Shown one piece after another: positions 57,210 through 64,000 of a stretch of 64,000 nt of DNA. The first letter of the stretch is position 1, and the number at the start of each line of letters is the position of its first letter. The translations under genes and the position numbers were made by a program. The stretch is from an uncultured Bacilli bacterium (lineage in GTDB: Bacteria > Bacillota_I > Bacilli_A > RF39 > UBA660), in assembly GCA_934096815.1 (NCBI GenBank), contig CAKOMY010000004.1, positions 7,436-71,435 on the forward strand. The letters run 5' to 3'. The notes under the pieces are model-generated. The model did no database searches, was not told the DNA's origin, and saw only the letters and a program-made list of their open reading frames with translations.

Positions 57210-59003
57210 TTAAATGTGTTTATTAGAAATTTTTGGCTCTAGATTTAGTGTACATATATAGTTTATTAGATTTTGATTTAAATCATGGCTATATCCTTTT
57301 GTCAAGGCACACATAGCGGTTTGAATTTCAACTTGTGAATAATTTTTTAGTATATCAAAATCTTCATCATGAATATTTGCCAGACTGCTTATATTCCCTT
57401 GAAGTAATTCTTGTACTAGTTTATTTGTTAAATTAATATCACTATTTTGAGCAATTATTTTTATTACTTTTTGTAAATAATATGGAAGTTTTTCTATGGA
57501 TGAATTATTAGATGAAATATTTGGAATATTTTCTTTGTTACTTACATTATTATATTTTTTTCTTAAAATAGTAAGTAATGCATAACTATAAATATCTTGA
57601 TTATTATTTGGAATGTAATCTTTAGTTAGATTTTTAAATTCTGTTAATATTTCTTCATGACTATATTTTAATAATCTATTACGATAGTTTTGATTACCAT
57701 TGGTAATATGACATGCATCTTTTCTAGTAATTAAAGCTTTTAATGCAACTATAGCATGATTAAAACCATATTTATTATATGTGGTAGTAATTGATGCCAT
57801 AAATAATTCATGAAGATTATCATTTTTAACTATCTTATTTGGCATAAAACTATGAACATAATTTTCAATATTTCCATTTGCTATATTTATAACTTCTTTA
57901 GGTGATAGATATTTAGCAAAACTATATCTAAAATTATTATCTCTTGTAATTGCGTTTGGGTTACCATTTATATATGTTTTTAAATATTTTAGAGTATTAT
58001 CAACACCATTGTATTTTTTTATAGCATATCTAATGTACTGATCTAATAATTCTTTTTTATTTTTATTATTTGGCACTGGTTCATTTTCAAGGTTTCGAAT
58101 TAGAGTATCGTAATATATAGATAATCTTTGAAATGATTCTTTATTTTGACTAATAAGTACATGATTATAAAAATCGTTCATATTTGTGTATTCATTTAAG
58201 GACATATTTATTAATCTAAATACTTCATAAAAATTTGCTAGAGCTTCTCCATCATAATTAAAACGTTTTTTGTTTATAAGAAATTCTTCATCATAAATAA
58301 AATCTTCTAATTTAGTTTGATTTATAAAGACATCATTAAAATACTTTTGAGAAAATCTTTTAAAATCATTATAACTTACATTATCGTAATTAGCTGTTTC
58401 CTTAAAATATTTAGTTATAAGATAAGCGAGTGTGGAGTTATAACTTAATTTTTTATCACTTGCAATTCCAACTACTCCTGATTTCATCAAAAATGGATTT
58501 GTTTTACGTGCTTTACTAGATAGGTATGGATCATTATTGATAAAATTAATAACTTTATTTGCTTCATCTGGATTAACCATTCTTAAAACTACTGAATCTG
58601 ATCTAACGACATCTGATACTTTAGAATATGTTGCAAAATTATTTTGATTAATATAATCAAATATACGAATTACACAAGATTCCATATCTTCCTTACAAAA
58701 TGTTACATATATTTTTATATGACCTTCAGTATTTCTTCCACCTGATGTGTGAAATTGAAGGAAACCTTTTTGCATATCACTTTCAAAAACATCTAAGTTA
58801 GTATTTTGAAAATGATTTATCCAATTAGGAAACATATATTTAATACTTTTATTTTGCTTTTCTTCCTCACTTATTCCATAGGTTGCTAACCCGTAATAAA
58901 TGGTATCTCTTACAATTGGTAAATTCGGATTTTGTTTATATATTCTTGCATAATATTTTAAAAATTCTTCAATTTCTACTGGATTATTCATGAGATTCAC
59001 CAT
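57210..59003 (-). CDS. hypothetical protein (597 aa)
   Basis: Long ORF with no recognisable motifs. A 46-aa acidic upstream ORF (58984..59124) overlaps its start. Confidence 0.4.
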   Translation of the reverse strand: MVNLMNNPVEIEEFLKYYARIYKQNPNLPIVRDTIYYGLATYGISEEEKQNKSIKYMFPNWINHFQNTNLDVFESDMQKGFLQFHTSGGRNTEGHIKIYVTFCKEDMESCVIRIFDYINQNNFATYSKVSDVVRSDSVVLRMVNPDEANKVINFINNDPYLSSKARKTNPFLMKSGVVGIASDKKLSYNSTLAYLITKYFKETANYDNVSYNDFKRFSQKYFNDVFINQTKLEDFIYDEEFLINKKRFNYDGEALANFYEVFRLINMSLNEYTNMNDFYNHVLISQNKESFQRLSIYYDTLIRNLENEPVPNNKNKKELLDQYIRYAIKKYNGVDNTLKYLKTYINGNPNAITRDNNFRYSFAKYLSPKEVINIANGNIENYVHSFMPNKIVKNDNLHELFMASITTTYNKYGFNHAIVALKALITRKDACHITNGNQNYRNRLLKYSHEEILTEFKNLTKDYIPNNNQDIYSYALLTILRKKYNNVSNKENIPNISSNNSSIEKLPYYLQKVIKIIAQNSDINLTNKLVQELLQGNISSLANIHDEDFDILKNYSQVEIQTAMCALTKGYSHDLNQNLINYICTLNLEPKISNKHI

Positions 59004-59138
59004 TATTTATATTATTATTTTGATTGTTATCGGCATCGATATCAATATCTGCAGGATATTCTCCATTTAATTTAATTACGATATTAATTTTTTTGTTATC
59101 TAATTTAATTTCTTGTGTTTCCATTTTTACCATCCTTT

Positions 59139-60041
59139 TTATACTATAACACTGCTTATGAATGTTTTTAAAATATTATATTTATCTTTATCGGTAGATT
59201 TTAAATCTAAATCTGCTTTTGCTAAATTTATAAGTATTTCTTTTAGCTCTTGATTACTATATTTACTTGTACGTCCTTTTGCTTTAACAAAGGGATAATC
59301 ACTATTTACGTTAAATAATTTCATTAAATAATCTGACGATTTATTTGTTATTTTACAGGCATAAATATACCTATATTGCATTGCTAGTAGGGCAATAAAT
59401 GGAATTACTTCTTTTCTAGCTTCAATAAATTCATTAAGTAATGGAGAAATCTCTTTTGTTTTCTTTTCAACTATAGCATCACATAATTCGAAACTATCAT
59501 CATTTGGAATAAATGAACCATAAGTGTTAATTGTATCTATTGTAATATTATTTGAAATTATACTTAATTTGTTTATTTCACTTATAACTAAATCTAAATC
59601 ATTTTGATTTTTATCTAATAAATAATTTATGTCATTATAACCTATTTTAATTTTCTTTTCTTTGCAGTAATTATTTATTTTATTTATTATTTCATTTGGC
59701 TTTAGTCCTTTTATTTCAACAATATTGATTTTATCTTTTATATCTTTATATATTTTATTTCGTTTATCATAATTATTGCATATCAATACTAGTTTGACAT
59801 CTTTATTGGGATTTTCTAAATAATTTATTAATTTGCGGGCTTCTTCATTTAGTTTAAAATTCTTAACAATTACACATTTTGAAGTATCAATTAAAGAATA
59901 ATACGAACATTCTAGGATAACATCATCTATTTTTAAATCATCATAATTTAAATTAATAATGTTATCTTCTTTGGAAACTATTTTATTTATTTCTTCTTCT
60001 AATAGGTAATTAGAATATATGTTTAAAATATAGTTTTTCAT
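59139..60041 (-). CDS. holA: DNA polymerase III delta subunit
   Basis: 300 aa. Position upstream of lepB/dnaJ and the AAA+-like delta N-domain architecture. The sequence is divergent. Confidence 0.5.
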   Translation of the reverse strand: MKNYILNIYSNYLLEEEINKIVSKEDNIINLNYDDLKIDDVILECSYYSLIDTSKCVIVKNFKLNEEARKLINYLENPNKDVKLVLICNNYDKRNKIYKDIKDKINIVEIKGLKPNEIINKINNYCKEKKIKIGYNDINYLLDKNQNDLDLVISEINKLSIISNNITIDTINTYGSFIPNDDSFELCDAIVEKKTKEISPLLNEFIEARKEVIPFIALLAMQYRYIYACKITNKSSDYLMKLFNVNSDYPFVKAKGRTSKYSNQELKEILINLAKADLDLKSTDKDKYNILKTFISSVIV

Positions 60042-60547
60042 TCAACAATTCCTATTTTATTAAATGGAAAAATTACTAAATTAGTTTTTCCTTTAATATT
60101 TTTGATATTTACTGGTCCTATTACACGGCTGTCTTTAGATACTTCTCTATTATCTCCCATTACAAAGTATTCATTATCTTTTAGTATAACATTTTCAAAA
60201 TTTTCAGTTTCGCTTTTAGAATAATTATCTTCAATTACTTTACCATTAATATATAACTTATTATCACTATACATAACTGATTCACCAGGAAGTCCAATTA
60301 CTCTTTTTATAATGTATTTTCCATTTGATTCAACAACAACTATATCAAAACGATTAATTCCTTTTTGTAAGCCAATTTTATTTAATATCATAAATTCTTT
60401 GTCTTGTAAGGTTGGATACATGCTACTGCCATTTACTCTAATTGGTGAATAAAAAAATATTCTAATTATGATAATTATTAAAAGTAATATAGTAAATAAT
60501 AAGTTTTCTTTAAGCCATTTTTTTATTTGTTCCATGCTAATAATCAA
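60038..60547 (-). CDS. lepB: signal peptidase I
   Basis: 169 aa. N-terminal TM anchor, catalytic Ser box (GSSMYPTL), Lys box (IKRVIGLPGE) and GDNR..S.DSR. Confidence 0.85.
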   Translation of the reverse strand: MIISMEQIKKWLKENLLFTILLLIIIIIRIFFYSPIRVNGSSMYPTLQDKEFMILNKIGLQKGINRFDIVVVESNGKYIIKRVIGLPGESVMYSDNKLYINGKVIEDNYSKSETENFENVILKDNEYFVMGDNREVSKDSRVIGPVNIKNIKGKTNLVIFPFNKIGIVE

Positions 60548-60602
60548 CTACTTTCTTGTACTACTAAATTATATCAAATATAAAAAGTTTAATAAACTCT
60601 GA

Positions 60603-61742
60603 TTATAGATATTTATTAAACTTTTTGATTTCTTCGTTATTTGTTAAGTCTGTTTCATTTAAATCTTTAAACAACGCTTTTTGAGCTCGATCTAATTTTT
60701 TAGGAATAACAACCTTGATTTTAATAATCATATCTCCGGTCTTACCGGTACGTTCTTCAGTTATTCCTTTTCCACGAAGCTTCAATTCTTCGCCATTTTG
60801 AATTCCAGCATCAATTTCAATTTTAGTTTTACCATTTATGGTTGGAATTTCTTTTATGCAGCCAAGAACAGCTTCTGTAATTGTAAGAGGGACTTCTAAA
60901 ATAATATTTCGTCCATCTCTAACAAATAATGGATGTTCTTTAACTGCAAATTCGATATATATATCGCCATTTGGTCCACCATTAGTTCCTGCTGAACCTT
61001 TTCCAGCCATACGCATTTGATCTCCTTCTTTAACACCTGATGGAACTCTTAATGTGATTTTTTTTTCACCTTTACATCTTCCTGTACCACGACATGTTGA
61101 ACATGTTTTTGTAAATTCTTCACCTGTTCCACGACAATTAGGACATACTGTTTGAACTGTAGTTACACCGAACAATGTTCTTTGTTGTGAAAGAATACGA
61201 CCTTTACCATTACATTTTGAACATGTATGGGAATTTAAACCACCTTTACCATTACAATCAGAACACATAGTATTTAAACTTATTTTAAATGATTTTTCAC
61301 AACCAAATACTGCTTCATCAAATGTTAAGTTAATTCTTACTAGTGAATCTTCACCTTTAGTTGCTCCTGCTTTTCTTGATTTGGATGAACTTCCACCAAA
61401 GAATGAACTAATAATGTCTTCTAAATCATCTTGACCAAAACCAAATCCAGAAAAATCTCCAAATCCACCTTGAAATCCACCAAAACCACCAAATCCTCCA
61501 GCACTACCTTGACCAGCATTATTTACAGCATCGGCTCCATATTGATCATATATTTTTCGCTTATTTTCATCAGATAGAACACTATAGGCTTCAGATATTT
61601 CTTTAAATTTTTCAGCAGCACCAGGTTCTTTATTTACATCTGGATGGTATTGTTTAGCCATTTTTCTGAATGCACTTTTAATTTCTGCATCAGTAGCGGT
61701 TTTATCTACACCTAATGTTTCATAATAATCCTTTTTAGCCAT
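60603..61742 (-). CDS. dnaJ: molecular chaperone DnaJ
   Basis: 379 aa. J-domain with HPD (YHPDVNK), Gly/Phe-rich linker, four CxxCxGxG zinc-finger repeats and a C-terminal domain. Confidence 0.9.
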   Translation of the reverse strand: MAKKDYYETLGVDKTATDAEIKSAFRKMAKQYHPDVNKEPGAAEKFKEISEAYSVLSDENKRKIYDQYGADAVNNAGQGSAGGFGGFGGFQGGFGDFSGFGFGQDDLEDIISSFFGGSSSKSRKAGATKGEDSLVRINLTFDEAVFGCEKSFKISLNTMCSDCNGKGGLNSHTCSKCNGKGRILSQQRTLFGVTTVQTVCPNCRGTGEEFTKTCSTCRGTGRCKGEKKITLRVPSGVKEGDQMRMAGKGSAGTNGGPNGDIYIEFAVKEHPLFVRDGRNIILEVPLTITEAVLGCIKEIPTINGKTKIEIDAGIQNGEELKLRGKGITEERTGKTGDMIIKIKVVIPKKLDRAQKALFKDLNETDLTNNEEIKKFNKYL

Positions 61743-61746
61743 TTTA

Positions 61747-63549
61747 TTACCTCTTTCTTAATATTTTTTGATACTCTTTAACTGTTTCATCAAAGAAATT
61801 TATTGCATCTACTAATACATCAGGTTTAGTAATATCTATTCCTGCGTATTTTAATTCTTCACTTGGGTAATTTGAACCACCACTCTTTAAAAACTTTTTA
61901 TAATTTTCTAAAGCGTTTGGAATTTTATTATAAATGTCTCTTGCAATTTTACATGCACATGCAAGACCAATAACATATTTATAAACATAGAAATCATAAT
62001 AGAAATGTGGAATTCTTTCCCATTCATACATTATTTCTTTATCTACTATAACATCCTTACCAAAATAGATTTTATTTAAATCATAATATTTTTGACATAA
62101 TAATTCATATGTTAATGCTTCACCATTACTTCTTAAATTATGCATATTCATTTCAAATTCAGCAAACATAGTTTGACGATAAATAGTAGATTTAAATAGT
62201 TCCATGATTTGATTTAATATATATAATTTTTCATTATCATTTTTAGAATTATTAAGTAGATAAAGTCTTAATAACATTTCATTAACGGTTGATGCTACTT
62301 CAGCAACAAAGATTTTATAACTTGAATTATTATATGTGTTGTTATGACAAGATAGGTAAGTATGAACAGAATGTCCTAATTCATGAGCAAGAGTTGATAC
62401 GTCATCTAATTTTCCTTCAAAGTTAAGAAGAACATAAGGATATGTATCATAAAATCCACTTGAATATGCTCCACTTCTTTTTCCAACATTATTATATACA
62501 TCAATCCATTTTTCATCAAAAGCTTTTTGCAAAATATTTAAATAATCATCGCCTAATGGTTTTAATGCTTTAAATACTAAATCTTTTGCTTCTTCAAATG
62601 TAAACTCACGATTGTAATCTTGCTTTAAATCAACATATATATCATATAAATGAATTTTATCTAATCCTAAACATTCTTTCTTTAAATTATAATAATTATA
62701 AAGAGGTTCTAAATTGCTTTTTACTGTGTTAATTACATTTATATAAACATCTTTACTAATTGCATCATCAAATAAGGATGCTTCTAGTGAAGATGAAAAA
62801 TTTCTTATTTTAGCTAAATTTATTAATACATCAACATTACCAGCAAATGTACTCGATAAGGTGTTTTTAAATTCAGCGTATCTTTTGTATAATAATTTAA
62901 ATCCTTTTTTACGGACATTTCTTGATGGAGATCTTGCAATTTTACTCCAATTACTTTCAGTAAATTCAATTATTTTACCATTTTCATCTTTTATATTACC
63001 AAATTTTAAATCACTATCAGTTAGAGCTTCAAATGTCTCAGCATTTTTACCTAATACATCTGATAGAGTACCTAATATTTTTTCTTCTTTATCTGTTAAT
63101 GTATGTTTCTTATAGCGATAAAAATCTTCTAAATTATGTTCATAATCTTTTAACTTACTATTTTCTTCAATTAATTTTTTAACATAATTAAATTCTTTCT
63201 TCATCATTTCTGGTGCTACAAAAGATGTATCTTCAGTATATTTTGTTAATATTTTTTGAATTTTTTGATAATATTCTTGATATTTTGGATTCGTTGTATC
63301 TTCATCATGTTTTAAATTTGCATAATAATATAATTTATATAGTTTTCTTTCTATTTTTTCACTTGTTTTAAAATAATTATAAAGTGAATCAGAACTATCT
63401 AATATATGACCTTTAAACTTAATAATTTCATTTACTAAATCTTTGCTTTTATCTAATTCTTTTAAAAACTCTTCGTCATTTTTAAATATTGCAGTTAAAT
63501 CCCATTTATATTTATCATCTATATCATTTCTTGTTTTTTGTTTTATCAT
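61747..63549 (-). CDS. pepF: oligoendopeptidase F (M3B family)
   Basis: 600 aa. HELGHSVH zinc-binding motif at the position typical of M3B. Confidence 0.8.
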   Translation of the reverse strand: MIKQKTRNDIDDKYKWDLTAIFKNDEEFLKELDKSKDLVNEIIKFKGHILDSSDSLYNYFKTSEKIERKLYKLYYYANLKHDEDTTNPKYQEYYQKIQKILTKYTEDTSFVAPEMMKKEFNYVKKLIEENSKLKDYEHNLEDFYRYKKHTLTDKEEKILGTLSDVLGKNAETFEALTDSDLKFGNIKDENGKIIEFTESNWSKIARSPSRNVRKKGFKLLYKRYAEFKNTLSSTFAGNVDVLINLAKIRNFSSSLEASLFDDAISKDVYINVINTVKSNLEPLYNYYNLKKECLGLDKIHLYDIYVDLKQDYNREFTFEEAKDLVFKALKPLGDDYLNILQKAFDEKWIDVYNNVGKRSGAYSSGFYDTYPYVLLNFEGKLDDVSTLAHELGHSVHTYLSCHNNTYNNSSYKIFVAEVASTVNEMLLRLYLLNNSKNDNEKLYILNQIMELFKSTIYRQTMFAEFEMNMHNLRSNGEALTYELLCQKYYDLNKIYFGKDVIVDKEIMYEWERIPHFYYDFYVYKYVIGLACACKIARDIYNKIPNALENYKKFLKSGGSNYPSEELKYAGIDITKPDVLVDAINFFDETVKEYQKILRKR

Positions 63550-63628
63550 AAATTACCCTTTTATTTATATTTTTTAATCATAATTAGTTAAAAGTTCTAG
63601 CAATAACTAGAACTTTTTGCTTTACTAA

Positions 63629-64000
63629 TTAGTCTTTGTTTACAAATTCGGCTTCTTCAGCACCATCATTTTTATCTGATGAATCATTGTTTTTATTTGC
63701 TTCAGCTGTTTTAGCAGCTTCTTCATAAACTTTAGTTGCTAATGCCATCGCTTTATCATTTAATGCTTTTGTTTTATCTTTTATTGCATCAATATCTGTT
63801 CCTTCTAAAGCTTTCTTTAAGTCAGCAATTAAATCTTCAGTTTCTTTCTTTTCAGTATCAGTTAATTTTTCGCCTAAATCTTTAACAGCTTTTTCACAGG
63901 CAAATATTGTTTGATCAGCTTCATTACGAGTATCGGCTTCGGCTTTACGCTTTTCATCGGCTTCTTTATTGGCTTCTGCTTCTTTCATCATTTTATCGAT
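63629..64000 (-). CDS. dnaK: molecular chaperone DnaK, C-terminal end (partial; continues beyond the window)
   Basis: C-terminal lid and acidic tail (...ADLKKALEG...EEAAKTAE...EAEFVNKD). The reading frame stays open to the window edge. The dnaK-dnaJ order is as expected. Confidence 0.8.
   Translation of the reverse strand: MDKMMKEAEANKEADEKRKAEADTRNEADQTIFACEKAVKDLGEKLTDTEKKETEDLIADLKKALEGTDIDAIKDKTKALNDKAMALATKVYEEAAKTAEANKNNDSSDKNDGAEEAEFVNKD

Noticed and set aside
60838-61020. Plus-strand 60-aa ORF inside dnaJ
   Set aside because: Antisense shadow.
62861-63115. Plus-strand 84-aa ORF inside pepF
   Set aside because: Antisense shadow.
1-64000. CRISPR arrays, rRNA or tRNA genes
   Set aside because: No regularly spaced 25-40-bp direct repeats with unique spacers were seen. 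The only short-period repeats are promoter, terminator, operator and att elements, described above. No clover-leaf-compatible tRNA, and no 16S or 23S signature blocks, were recognised by eye. tRNAscan or Infernal was not run.
1-64000. UGA-as-Trp (Mollicutes code) given the very high AT content
   Set aside because: Long housekeeping ORFs (relA, uvrC, lepA, gatA, gatB) read through cleanly with the standard code, and TGA is used as a terminator (for example at the relA/dtd ATGA junction). The standard code is therefore assumed.

Overview
This is a strongly AT-rich bacterial chromosome segment using the standard genetic code (UGA is a stop). The gene content looks like Firmicutes / Erysipelotrichia / low-GC Clostridia, but no taxon was confirmed. 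The left ~42 kb is almost entirely plus-strand and the right ~16 kb almost entirely minus-strand, so the window probably spans the replication terminus.

Core genes seen:
- Left side: relA-dtd, a ~11-kb glycan locus (GT2/GT4 glycosyltransferases, a GtrB/GtrA/GT-C-like triad, a Wzx flippase, a putative sulfotransferase), uvrC, and hisS-asnS-aspS(archaeal type)-gatCAB behind a T-box-like leader.
- Middle: rarA, a Xer-family recombinase and zupT.
- Right side: mnmA, lepA, a short alaS, trx, cvpA, rnhC, holA, lepB, dnaJ, pepF and the 3' end of dnaK.

Three accessory blocks stand out:
1. 17.4-24.7 kb lies between uvrC and hisS. It holds two distant paralogs, two further unknown genes, and a tandemly duplicated two-gene cassette (A1 / B1-A2 / B2-A3). 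The B copies are near-identical. The A copies keep conserved N- and C-termini around a hypervariable core. Each unit has a near-identical promoter carrying 10-bp-phased GAACAAAA repeats and an identical hairpin terminator.
2. 32.2-37.9 kb holds two divergent paralogs that share an identical palindromic operator, next to a HerA-type (HAS-barrel + FtsK-like) ATPase that has no NurA, SIR2 or DUF4297 partner, plus a NUDIX hydrolase.
3. 42.43-47.33 kb is a ~4.9-kb filamentous (inovirus-like) prophage. It carries an HUH rolling-circle Rep, an ori-like hairpin cluster, a Zot/pI assembly ATPase, pVIII-like coat proteins and an RHH repressor with palindromic operators. It is bounded by an 18-bp direct repeat, and the left copy is a near-perfect Firmicutes dif site (24/28 identical to B. 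subtilis dif). This is the signature of Xer-mediated integration at the terminus (an IMEX).

No CRISPR array, rRNA gene or convincing tRNA gene was found.
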